Assembly (NCBI GenBank): GCA_964416445.1
Contig: CAYQEE010000005.1
Location: 52,060-116,059, forward strand
From: an uncultured Gammaproteobacteria bacterium
Lineage (GTDB): Bacteria > Patescibacteriota > Microgenomatia > Levybacterales > UBA12049
Length of the DNA: 64,000 nt
Direction of reading: 5' to 3'
This document shows, piece by piece, positions 55,465 to 64,000 of the stretch. Position 1 is the first letter of the stretch. Each line of letters starts with the position of its first letter. The translations under genes and the position numbers were made by a program. The notes beneath the pieces were generated by a model. That model ran no database searches, was not told where the DNA came from, and saw only the letters and a list, made by a program, of their open reading frames with translations.

Positions 55465-57552
55465 TTATCCTTCAGGTACAATTTCTGAAATTTGAATATA
55501 CTCCTTTCCATTAGCATCGACTGCCTTTACCCCTTTTACCTGAGCAAACCCCTCTTTTAGTGTTGTTCCTTGATATATTCCAAGCAAATGGTCATTATCA
55601 TCGATAAGTGTTACTTGCATAGAATTGTTTGTTTGATCAACGACACCCGGCTTTATATAACATTCTTTATCGAAACTTGTATCGGTATTTACCGCAGGGA
55701 CTGTCGCTGACTGTCTTCGAGTTTGCTGTGCTTGATCTATTGGAGATGATTGTGGAGTTTCTTTTTTCCCTTTCCCAAATACTTTTTGAAATAATTTACT
55801 TCGAATAATGCCAAAGATAATTACTAAGCAAAAGATAATAAATATAAGCAGATCAAGTATTTTACTTAATCCAACAGCATTATTACTCATTGCTGCAATA
55901 AATGTTTTATAGAGAGGTTGTTGACTCTGGGAAGGAGTTGGTGATAACTGTTTTTGGACTATCTTTGTTGGAGAAGGTGGTGTTGTTGGTGTGACAACAA
56001 GAACATTTGTTGGGGAAATTGTTGGGACTGTTGTAGATATGGTTGTTGGAGTGGGTACTGATGTCGGAGTTGGAGTAGCAGAAGGTGTTGCTGTAGGTGT
56101 AGGTGTAGGTGTAGGAAGGATATTATTGATAGTATCGTATTGCTTGAGGCCAATGAGGAATAAGTTGTAATCAATACCATCTATGCTCCCATTGTCATTT
56201 AAATCAGCTCCACTTTTATTGGTACATGATGATGAAGTAATTTTACTTCCAAAACAATTAATGATGTCATTATAGTCATTAACATTAATAACATCGTCAC
56301 CATTTGGTGTGGGGTTAATATCCCCAGGGATAAGATTGAGTGGAGGAAGCTGTGTTGGTTGGCCATTGGAAAGAGTAAATATTGAAGTATTATCCATAGG
56401 ATTAATTGCTTCTTGACGTAAATATTGGTTGAGCTTCACAACAAACTGATATTGTCCTGCAGGAACATTTCCTAAATTAAAGTTTGGATTGACAAAGTTT
56501 CTTGAAACAGGATCGTACGTTACCATATCCGTTGCAACTGAAACTGCTGAAACAGATGCGCTAAACGGATTATCAGTTGGCTGATACATTGCAATACTTG
56601 CCGAACGTGTTGGATGAAGTGGCTGTGGGTTTCCACCGTCGCTAATTCCAGGCAAAACAAGAGAAAGGCTAATAGTAAGAATACTTGGATTTTGAGCACT
56701 TACTGATGTGGTTATTGTTGGTGTTGGTATCGTATTACTCGGTGTTGGTGAAAGAGTTTGGGTAACTTTAGGTGAAGGATTACCTAAGGTTTGTGTAGAA
56801 GAAATGTTACTTGCAAGGAGTGAACTTGTGGGAGTTGAAATAGTCGTTGGGGTTGCTGTGGTGGAGTTAACAGTTGGTGCCTGTGTCTTTACTGTTGGGG
56901 TAGGCGTTGGTTTTTGTATTGTTGGGATTGGTGTTGCTGTTGGATTTTGATGAATAATAATTGAGCTTACTTGGGGAGTTGTTGGGCTCGGAAAGGACCT
57001 TGCTTGGGTTGGTATTGTGGTTGGAACTAACGTAGGTACTGTAGTAGGTACTGAAGTTGGTATTGCTGTCGGAATTGCCGTGGGTACATTTGTAGGAGTT
57101 GGTGTAGGGGTTGGTTTGGGAGATGGAGTAGGGGTTGGGAGAGGTGTTGGTGTTGGTGTTGGTGTTGGTGTTGGTGTTGGTGTTGGTGTTGGAGAAGGGT
57201 TTGCTGAACAAATATTTGCGATATAAAAAGGAGAACTTTGTAAAAGTCTGCCATCTGTTTGATGATTACCTGGCATAACAGAGGTCACATCAGTACCACA
57301 TTGATGCCCCATATGCAGATTGGATCGGGAGGCACCTGGAGGAAGATACACCTGATTGTTCCAAATATAGAGACATCGACTATCAGCCTTTACTTGTGCA
57401 GTAGTCATACAGGTACTACTTGCCGCAACATAAAAATGGAATACGTATGCTATTGCAATGTTGACAAAAAACAAAAGTAAAAGAATATGAAATCCATATT
57501 CTAAAACAAAGGACGTGTAAAGTGCTTGTTTTCGTTTCGTTTTTTTCATATT
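55465..57552 (-). CDS. Surface protein: cytochrome b5-like domain, Pro/Thr linkers, dockerin-like domain, C-terminal TM helix
   Basis: '[10 protein letters not shown]...H..HQCGTDVT...H...L...YIA' (b5-like); 'GDIN...DDVINVNDY' and '[14 protein letters not shown]' (dockerin EF-hand pair); start uncertain. Confidence 0.65.
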   Translation of the reverse strand, partial: NMKKTKRKQALYTSFVLEYGFHILLLLFFVNIAIAYVFHFYVAASSTCMTTAQVKADSRCLYIWNNQVYLPPGASRSNLHMGHQCGTDVTSVMPGNHQTDGRLLQSSPFYIANICSANPSPTPTPTPTPTPTPTPTPLPTPTPSPKPTPTPTPTNVPTAIPTAIPTSVPTTVPTLVPTTIPTQARSFPSPTTPQVSSIIIHQNPTATPIPTIQKPTPTPTVKTQAPTVNSTTATPTTISTPTSSLLASNISSTQTLGNPSPKVTQTLSPTPSNTIPTPTITTSVSAQNPSILTISLSLVLPGISDGGNPQPLHPTRSASIAMYQPTDNPFSASVSAVSVATDMVTYDPVSRNFVNPNFNLGNVPAGQYQFVVKLNQYLRQEAINPMDNTSIFTLSNGQPTQLPPLNLIPGDINPTPNGDDVINVNDYNDIINCFGSKITSSSCTNKSGADLNDNGSIDGIDYNLFLIGLKQYDTINNILPTPTPTPTATPSATPTPTSVPTPTTISTTVPTISPTNVLVVTPTTPPSPTKIVQKQLSPTPSQSQQPLYKTFIAAMSNNAVGLSKILDLLIFIIFCLVIIFGIIRSKLFQKVFGKGKKETPQSSPIDQAQQTRRQSATVPAVNTDTSFDKECYIKPGVVDQTNNSMQVTLIDDNDHLLGIYQGTTLKEGFAQVKGVKAVDANGKEYIQISEIVPEG
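57143..57192 (-). repeat. Perfect hexanucleotide repeat (GGTGTT)x8 encoding a Pro-Thr linker on the minus strand
   Basis: Read directly; a shorter (TGTAGG)x4 lies at 56092-56115. Confidence 0.95.
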
Positions 57553-57636
57553 ATGATTTTGCATGGAATCCAATAAAAATAATAATAAAAAAGATTATCC
57601 AAAAAACGATAATTGAATAAAAAACAAGTTTTTTAA

Positions 57637-58938
57637 TCATAGAATTGAAAATTCTTCTGTGTGAATATTCTTTTTCGGAACATGCAGAAGAAGTAATTGT
57701 TTTTTGAGACTTTGCATCATAGGTGGAGGGCCACAAATAAAAATATCTTTTCCAGATAACTCACCACTTATTTTTTGAATGCTTTCAGCAGTCAATCTCC
57801 CTTGACTTTTTGAGAAGCAAGGAGTAATTCTGAAATTAGTATGCGTCGTTGCTATTTGTTGTAATTCTTGAAGGTAAACAGCTTCAGCTTCTGATCGTAC
57901 CGAATAAAAACAATCAATATGGAAGTCATCACCAAGTGTTTTTGCCATACTCAAAAAAGGGGTTATTCCAATTCCTCCGGCAATCCAAATTTGCTTTTTT
58001 CCATGAGAATGTTGATAGGAAAATCTACCAAACGCTCCTTCAAGAGATGCTTTCATACCGGGTTTGAGATTTTTTAGTTTTGAGGTAAAGTCACCTTCAG
58101 CTTTTACGGATATTTGTAGTTGGTTTTGTGTATTTGCAGAGCTGACCGAAAACGGATGTGTCTCATTTGTTATTCCTTCACCATGAAAGCTAAGAAAAAC
58201 AAATTGCCCAGGCGTAAATTTCATTTGCTTATTTTCAGGTGTAAGAGTGATTTCAATAACGTTATCTTGAAGAGGTTTTACATCTGAAACGGCGTAATGA
58301 TATTGAGGAATTAAAAACCTTCCAAAAACTGTTTTATATAAAAATGCACCCAAGCCTATACTGAAAATAAGTAACATATAATTTCTCATTAAAGGGTAAG
58401 AAGAAATATCACTCGTTACGAAAAAACCATGAATTGTAGCAAGGAAAAAAACTAGTCCTAAAAACTTATGAGTAAATCTCCAAAATTCATAGGGAAGCGA
58501 GACAAAAAAAGTAAGAATCATGAGAGCCATAAAAAAGAGAAATGCAGCAATGCCTAAGTTTATTGTCCAATCAACTCCAGGTAACATATAAACAGATGCG
58601 GCTTTCCATGAATACGTCGCAACATCAAATGTGAGGAGAAGAGGATGAATAAGTAAAACAATGAGTGCAGTTCCACCAAGAATATGATGCGCTATGTATA
58701 CACGATTCATTCCTCCAAAATAATCTTCAAAAAGCTTTAATCGGACACTCAGTATAAGATTTAGACAAAACATTGTTGCGCCAACAAGGCCAAAAATTTC
58801 TCCAAGACTCCGAAATATGTTATAGTTAGTCGCAAAACGTAAACTTAGTGGTTGTACGGCTAACATCCATGGAAGAAGTGGTGATAAAGATAAGCAAATC
58901 AACATAGGCCATCCTAATTGATATTTTTTAAGAAGCAT
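57637..58938 (-). CDS. Ferric reductase/NOX-like flavocytochrome (TM heme domain + FAD + NAD(P)H domains)
   Basis: Paired His in TM helices (AHH...IHP; THK...IHG); 'PGQF', 'HPFS', 'AGGIGITP', 'CGPP', 'EEF'. Confidence 0.9.
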   Translation of the reverse strand: MLLKKYQLGWPMLICLSLSPLLPWMLAVQPLSLRFATNYNIFRSLGEIFGLVGATMFCLNLILSVRLKLFEDYFGGMNRVYIAHHILGGTALIVLLIHPLLLTFDVATYSWKAASVYMLPGVDWTINLGIAAFLFFMALMILTFFVSLPYEFWRFTHKFLGLVFFLATIHGFFVTSDISSYPLMRNYMLLIFSIGLGAFLYKTVFGRFLIPQYHYAVSDVKPLQDNVIEITLTPENKQMKFTPGQFVFLSFHGEGITNETHPFSVSSANTQNQLQISVKAEGDFTSKLKNLKPGMKASLEGAFGRFSYQHSHGKKQIWIAGGIGITPFLSMAKTLGDDFHIDCFYSVRSEAEAVYLQELQQIATTHTNFRITPCFSKSQGRLTAESIQKISGELSGKDIFICGPPPMMQSLKKQLLLLHVPKKNIHTEEFSIL

Positions 58939-59013
58939 ATACTTATTGTAGTAAAAAAAGGGAGAGGCAGCTATAGACAGAAAAAACGAAGCGTACTATA
59001 CTAGGCAAATTCT

Positions 59014-59712
59014 ATGAAGGGAAAAACAAAAAGCAAGATACTTCTTAAAGAATTACCCGTTAACGATCGTCCACGAGAAAAATTATTCCGTAAAGGTTCT
59101 GAAAATCTTACCGATTCAGAATTACTTGCGATCATTTTAGGAACAGGGGCAATGAAAAAAGATGCATTGCAACTTTCTGAAATATTTTTACAAAAATTTC
59201 CTTTATCGAAGCTTGCTCAAATAACTTGTGAGCAAGTACCTCACATTTATGGAATTGGGAAAGGAAAACGTGCAAGAATTTTTGCAATGCTTGAATTAGG
59301 AAAAAGAATGTATGCTGCACCGTCTTTATTGAAGACAACGTTAAAATCACAAAAAGAAATAATACAGGAATGTAAAGATATAGCTAATAAGAAACAAGAA
59401 TATTTGCTTGCGTTGTATCTTAATGCGCGGAAAGAATTAATTCAAAAGGAAATTATTGCTATTGGAAATGTGAATACAATGGGAATAGAACCAAAAGAAA
59501 TTTTTATTCCTGCAATAGTTACTCCTTGTTCAGAAATTATCTTGGCTCATAATCATCCTTCTGGCAATGTCATGCCTTCAACTGATGATATTTATTTTAC
59601 CAAAAGAGTTCAAGAAGCAGGAAATGTTATGGGGATTCAATTACAGGATCATATTATCGTGGCAGCAGCGCATTATTATTCTTTTCGGGATAATAAAATG
59701 TATTCGCCATAA
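59014..59712 (+). CDS. radC: RadC-family JAB-domain protein
   Basis: 'DRPREKL', 'ELLAIIL', 'HNHPSG..PS..D', 'DHII'. Confidence 0.93.
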   Translation: MKGKTKSKILLKELPVNDRPREKLFRKGSENLTDSELLAIILGTGAMKKDALQLSEIFLQKFPLSKLAQITCEQVPHIYGIGKGKRARIFAMLELGKRMYAAPSLLKTTLKSQKEIIQECKDIANKKQEYLLALYLNARKELIQKEIIAIGNVNTMGIEPKEIFIPAIVTPCSEIILAHNHPSGNVMPSTDDIYFTKRVQEAGNVMGIQLQDHIIVAAAHYYSFRDNKMYSP

Positions 59713-59756
59713 TTGAAAGCTTAGTGATGAGGTATGAGAAGAAGAAGAAAGCTATG

Positions 59757-59824
59757 TTGCGGGGTCGGTATCGAAACCGAACTATGAGATTATGAGCCTC
59801 ATGTGCGCCTTACACTACCCCGCG
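59757..59824 (-). tRNA. tRNA-Met(CAT), initiator-like acceptor stem, atypically compact (68 nt)
   Basis: CGCGGGG/CCCCGCA with C1:A72 mismatch; anticodon arm TGAGG-CTCATAA-TCTCA; T-arm TCGGT-TTCGAT-ACCGA. Confidence 0.75.
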
Positions 59825-59948
59825 CGTGTAGGCATAGTATCAAAAATAGACAGATTAAGTCAACCTATAGAGTCCTTTCATGAACTCTTACATTCCTATT
59901 ACTGCTTTTTGCGAACCCATTTATGCTAGCTACTTATGGTGTCTGTAT

Positions 59949-60194
59949 ATGACTTCGTTGGATGTCTTGTATTATGCTTTAGCTATTGGTTTTCTTTCTG
60001 TTGCTGGAGCGATATGGTATTTAACCGTTTCAATTGTTGAATTAGTACAACAATTAAAACCGATATTCCATAATATTGAGCTCCTTACTGCTGATATTGA
60101 AGCAGTGGGAAGTGCAGTAAAGAATGCACAAAGAGGGATAGTAGGTAAATTAATTGGTATAACAAGATTTTTTCATAGAACGGAGGTGAAGTAA
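59949..60194 (+). CDS. Small single-TM coiled-coil protein (DUF948-like)
   Basis: TM helix followed by an amphipathic helix. Confidence 0.55.
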   Translation: MTSLDVLYYALAIGFLSVAGAIWYLTVSIVELVQQLKPIFHNIELLTADIEAVGSAVKNAQRGIVGKLIGITRFFHRTEVK

Positions 60195-60195
60195 A

Positions 60196-60393
60196 ATGGC
60201 TACCATAGTAAATAATCCACAGCCAGCCAGTAGTGATAATGGTGTGGGATTTCTTCTCGGAGTACTTGTGTTGATTGTTTTTGTTATGCTTTTTCTAGTA
60301 TATGGTGTACCATATCTTATGAGTTATTTGCGTGGTCCTCAAATCAATATTCCAAGTAGAGTTAATGTGAATGTCCATACATCGGGGAAATAA
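60196..60393 (+). CDS. Small single-TM protein
   Basis: GGAGGTGA SD; TM helix; 'PQINIPSRVNVNV'. Confidence 0.7.
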   Translation: MATIVNNPQPASSDNGVGFLLGVLVLIVFVMLFLVYGVPYLMSYLRGPQINIPSRVNVNVHTSGK

Positions 60394-60414
60394 AAAGATC
60401 GTAATGGATTGTGT

Positions 60415-60963
60415 ATGAATAAGCAGAAAGAACTTGAAAGAATAGCATTCGAAATTGAACAATGTATCATTTGTCAGCAAGGGAAAATAGGAAAAGCAGT
60501 CCCAGGTGAAGGAAATCCTGATGCACAGATTGTATTTATTGGAGAAGCACCCGGAAAACAAGAGTCTTTAACCGGAAAACCCTTTATTGGTCGATCAGGT
60601 AAATTATTACGATCAGCGATACAAGATATTGGATTGTCAGAAAAGGATATCTATATTACGAGTCCGGTGAAATATTTACCAAAGCGAGGAACACCAAGTC
60701 AAAAAGATATTGAACATGGAAAAATTCATTTAGACAAACAACTTGCTATTATAGATCCACAAATAATTGTTCTCCTTGGTTCTGTTGCTTGTAAGGGAGT
60801 TCTTGGACAAGCAATACCTGTTCTTGAGAAACATGGTACAGTTATAAAAAAAGATTCAAGAACTTATTTTATTACTGTGCATCCTGCTGCAGCTTTACGG
60901 TTTCCTCCTTTGCGAAAAACGTTTCTTGAAGATTTTCAGAAGCTGAAAAAACTTATTACGTAA
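60415..60963 (+). CDS. Uracil-DNA glycosylase family 4
   Basis: 'C..C', 'VPGEG', 'IGEAPG', 'PFIGRSG', 'HPAA'. Confidence 0.92.
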   Translation: MNKQKELERIAFEIEQCIICQQGKIGKAVPGEGNPDAQIVFIGEAPGKQESLTGKPFIGRSGKLLRSAIQDIGLSEKDIYITSPVKYLPKRGTPSQKDIEHGKIHLDKQLAIIDPQIIVLLGSVACKGVLGQAIPVLEKHGTVIKKDSRTYFITVHPAAALRFPPLRKTFLEDFQKLKKLIT

Positions 60964-61163
60964 AATTCAGCAAATATTAAGCATATTCTTTCATAATTCT
61001 TACTTGGCTATTAAGCGAATATAGTTTCTTCTTGGTATGTTCAATAATAAACTCGGAGAAGAATAAATGAGAGTATTTCTTTCTACAATCTTACTTTTCT
61101 TTCTCTTTGGTTTTACCAACCGAGTATACGCTAAATAAATAGATTGAAAGGAGGTGAATGAAT

Positions 61164-61391
61164 ATGGCAACAAAAAAAGGACGAGGATGGCACGGAGATC
61201 CAGATGGACATAAAAAAGCAGGCCAAAAAGGAGGTCAATCAACTGCTCGAACACACGGACAAGATTTTTATAGTACCATCGGACGAAAAGGTGGTAGTGT
61301 GAGTGGAGGAAATTTTGCAAAAGACCCACAAAGAGCACGTGATGCTGGACGAAAAGGTGGTCATGCTCGAAAATCACATCAAAATCGATAA
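61164..61391 (+). CDS. KGG-repeat general stress protein (GsiB/YciG/Con-10-like)
   Basis: AAGGAGGTGA SD; repeats 'AGQKGG', 'IGRKGG', 'AGRKGG'; 'GGNFAKDPQRA'. Confidence 0.88.
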   Translation: MATKKGRGWHGDPDGHKKAGQKGGQSTARTHGQDFYSTIGRKGGSVSGGNFAKDPQRARDAGRKGGHARKSHQNR

Positions 61392-61397
61392 AACGAT

Positions 61398-61946
61398 TTA
61401 CACTACTTCAACAGATGGTGCAAATGCCATCTGTTGGTAGTAGCGTGAGGTTGATTTGTAGGAGAATATTGATTTATTCTGTATATGATAGGGATCATAT
61501 ACAAGAATTTTTTCCAATAAGAGTATTGCCTTATTGAGTGCATGAGGAAGGATGTTAAGGTCAGTAAGACCAATATTAATGGTTATGTGAAAAACGCCAT
61601 AAGGATCTTTAATCCAATTCCATGCGGTTTCACCTTTAATTATAATTCGATAGTTATTTTGCTCTACTTTTAATTGATAAAGATATTCTAAAAGGATATG
61701 TTCAAATAAATGTCCTATCTCTGTTCTTTTCACTTCTTTGGAAAATGGTAATCCTTTGTCATTAAAACATTTTGAAGTATGAATACTGGGCAGTAATTGC
61801 GTTAATATTTCATAGGTTTCGGGAATTGCAGAAGTATTAACTGTTTGAGAGAATACCTGCATTTTTAAATATGTTTTATAAGGCTTGGGGTGAATAGTAA
61901 GAGAAAAATATTTATTACTTATTGATGGGTAAGAAAATAAAACCAT
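61398..61946 (-). CDS. Stand-alone cyanophycin-synthetase N-terminal-like domain protein
   Basis: 'LPSI..SKC...F...V..TEIGHLFEHILLEYL...GET.W' resembles the CphA N-domain. Confidence 0.6.
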   Translation of the reverse strand: MVLFSYPSISNKYFSLTIHPKPYKTYLKMQVFSQTVNTSAIPETYEILTQLLPSIHTSKCFNDKGLPFSKEVKRTEIGHLFEHILLEYLYQLKVEQNNYRIIIKGETAWNWIKDPYGVFHITINIGLTDLNILPHALNKAILLLEKILVYDPYHIQNKSIFSYKSTSRYYQQMAFAPSVEVV

Positions 61947-62021
61947 AAAATAAATGCTTCTTACGAGTCTATTACAGATCTATTACTAATAATAGTAAAG
62001 AATTTTACTTAGGTTGTCAAA

Positions 62022-62070
62022 TAAGGCTAAGCTAGCAATTTAGCCTTAAATTCTCAGCAAATTCTCAGCA
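62022..62070. promoter_or_regulatory. Inverted repeat plus 11-bp-period direct repeat in a divergent promoter region
   Basis: TAAGGCTAA..TTAGCCTTA (62022-62048) followed by AAATTCTCAGC x2 (62048-62069). Confidence 0.45.
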
Positions 62071-62258
62071 TTTTCATACAAAAATCATACAGTTCATCTG
62101 AGCTATTTTTATACCTGATAATGAGAAAAACAGAGCATTATTTTCTTATATTATTTGTAATATAGTAACATATAAAATGCTTGTTAAGAAAAGCATCAAA
62201 TGTAACCTTCTCAAAAAATGGTTTTCTCTATATACTGAATAGAGCTACTTTATTATTT

Positions 62259-64000
62259 ATGGATCAACTAAGACTACCCCCAAAGCATCATCTGAAGTTG
62301 AATCAATGGTTTGCCACAGCAATTTGTGGGAATGATATCTTAAGTTCTACCTTTTATGTTTCAGGAATTGCTATAATTTTTGCCGGTATCTATGCCCCTC
62401 TCGTTCTCACCATTATCGTTCTAGTGCTATTTTTTTATAAATCAGTATATATTGAAGTTGTCGAAGCACTCCCAACGAATGGTGGAGCATACAATTGTCT
62501 GTTAAATGCTACTTCAAAATCCATGGCTGCTGTCGCAGGTACAATTACAATTCTTTCCTATATTGCGACATCTGTGATATCGGGAAAAGAGGCAATTGCT
62601 TATCTTCAAACTGTCATTACAAAACTTCCTATTATTCCTTTGACGATTGTTCTCTTAGTATTTTTTGCCTTGTTAGTTATTGCAGGCATTAAAGATTCTG
62701 CGAAAGTCGCATTTGGTATTTTCGCATTTCATATCTTGGTACTTGTATGGTTTCTTATTTTAGGAATTGCATATATCTTTTATGGTCATTCATATTTTTT
62801 GCAAAATATCACGTATACGCAGTTACTCATACCAAAATGGGGTGGACTTATGTGGGCACTTTTTTTTGGATTCTCAGCATCGCTACTTGGAGTTTCCGGA
62901 TTTGAAACGTCAGCAAACTTTGTAGAAGAGCAGCATAAGGGGGTTTTTCGTAAAACACTCCGTAATATGTTGATTGGTGTTGCTGTTTTTAATCCTTTAA
63001 TAACACTTATTGCATTGAATGCGCTGTCATTTCCGACTATTATTAAGGCACAAGATTTTCTTCTTTCAAATACAGCTCAGGTGATAGGGGGGAGTGTTTT
63101 TAAATATATTGTTGTTGGTGATGCTTTTCTTGTTTTAGCAGGAGCAGTATTAACTGCATTTGTTGGAGTCAGTGGACTGATCTATCGCATGACGTCAGAT
63201 GGTTGTTTTCCCAATATTTTAACAACTGAGAATAAAAAAGGATCTTATCCATATATTGTTATTACATTTTTTCTCTTATGCTTATCCATTTTGCTCATCA
63301 CAAAGGGTGACTTACTTTCTCTTGCAGGAGTCTATACCATTGCTTTTTTAAGTGTGATGAGTCTTTTTGCATTTGGCAATCTTTTAATGCGTGAAACGCG
63401 TCGTGAACTCAAACGAACATATCATGCTCCACTACTCTTCGTGATATTTGCACTTTCTGCGACTTTACTTGGAATTGCAGGAAATATACGAATTGATACA
63501 AGTAACTTACGTTATTTTCTTATCTATTTTATTCCTTCCATAACAATTGTTTTCATACTTCTCAAGTTTGATGTTATTCTACGATTGCTTCTTCGGACTT
63601 CACGGAAAGTTCCAGTAGTTCATCGGTTTCTCTATAACCGTTTTCAACACTTAACCGATGGTACGTTTGTTGTATTTGTGCATCATATCAATCGACTTTT
63701 CCAAGTCTTTGAATATATTGACCGTAATGAAACAGGAAGAAATATCTATCTCGTTTATTGTGGTGTGCATCACGATAAAGAAATTGATCGGACCTATGAA
63801 CAACTAAAAACGACGCTTCCTGCGTTAGAGCATGCGGGAGCGTTCCCTGATTTTAATGTTCATATTCTCTATAAAAATGGTACGTTTGGAGCTGACATGA
63901 TTGACAAAGTAGCAAAAGAACTCAAGGTGAATAAAAATAGAATTCTTATTGGATCTATTCATGATGAACATGAATTTGACTATGAAGATCTCGGTGGGGT
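62259..64000 (+). CDS. APC-family amino acid permease, 3'-truncated by the window edge (absent from the ORF track)
   Basis: ATG 62259; 'ATAICGNDILSSTFYVSG', 'EVVEALPTNGGAYNCLLN', 'SGFETSANFVEEQ'; frame appears open to the window end. Confidence 0.9.
   Translation, partial: MDQLRLPPKHHLKLNQWFATAICGNDILSSTFYVSGIAIIFAGIYAPLVLTIIVLVLFFYKSVYIEVVEALPTNGGAYNCLLNATSKSMAAVAGTITILSYIATSVISGKEAIAYLQTVITKLPIIPLTIVLLVFFALLVIAGIKDSAKVAFGIFAFHILVLVWFLILGIAYIFYGHSYFLQNITYTQLLIPKWGGLMWALFFGFSASLLGVSGFETSANFVEEQHKGVFRKTLRNMLIGVAVFNPLITLIALNALSFPTIIKAQDFLLSNTAQVIGGSVFKYIVVGDAFLVLAGAVLTAFVGVSGLIYRMTSDGCFPNILTTENKKGSYPYIVITFFLLCLSILLITKGDLLSLAGVYTIAFLSVMSLFAFGNLLMRETRRELKRTYHAPLLFVIFALSATLLGIAGNIRIDTSNLRYFLIYFIPSITIVFILLKFDVILRLLLRTSRKVPVVHRFLYNRFQHLTDGTFVVFVHHINRLFQVFEYIDRNETGRNIYLVYCGVHHDKEIDRTYEQLKTTLPALEHAGAFPDFNVHILYKNGTFGADMIDKVAKELKVNKNRILIGSIHDEHEFDYEDLGG

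Noticed and set aside
47985-57192. Repeats as a CRISPR array
   Set aside because: They are 6-nt tandem units inside CDSs, with no spacers and no cas genes.
1-64000. Alternative genetic code 25/4 (UGA read as Gly or Trp), which would change the smpB-overlap interpretation
   Set aside because: Long conserved genes have no in-frame TGA, and panB, rpiB, cmk and the ferric reductase end at TGA at expected lengths.

Overview
AT-rich bacterial chromosome segment read with genetic code 11. Gene content and style (VirD4/VirB6-like proteins, DUF5667, PT-linker surface proteins, archaeal-type Cmk, many orphans) point to a Patescibacteria/CPR genome, probably Microgenomates; this is inference, not a database result. 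Recognisable housekeeping genes: smpB-ssrA, gap, rpiB, rpe, cmk, nrdR-nrdJ, mutS, mutL, radC, udg, two tandem class A PBPs, a Xer-type recombinase and ftsB, plus six tRNAs. Cofactor genes: panB, an archaeal-type phosphopantothenate synthetase, pdxS/T, pduO, yhhQ and queF. No CRISPR array, rRNA, IS element or prophage was seen. Most notable: (1) the smpB stop codon lies inside the tmRNA acceptor stem, and the tmRNA encodes a 42-codon tag; (2) a cobalamin-riboswitch-like RNA with a terminator precedes an orphan 600-aa protein and an unannotated zinc-ribbon microprotein, near an nrdJ-DUF4430-pduO B12 module; (3) an archaeal CoA-pathway enzyme is coupled to panB; (4) tRNA-Ile(UAU), tRNA-Arg(GCG) and a 68-nt aberrant initiator-like tRNA occur together with many apparently leaderless gene starts; (5) a stand-alone cyanophycin-synthetase N-domain with an intact metal motif; (6) a ferric-reductase/NOX-like gene followed by a tethered cytochrome-b5/dockerin protein.
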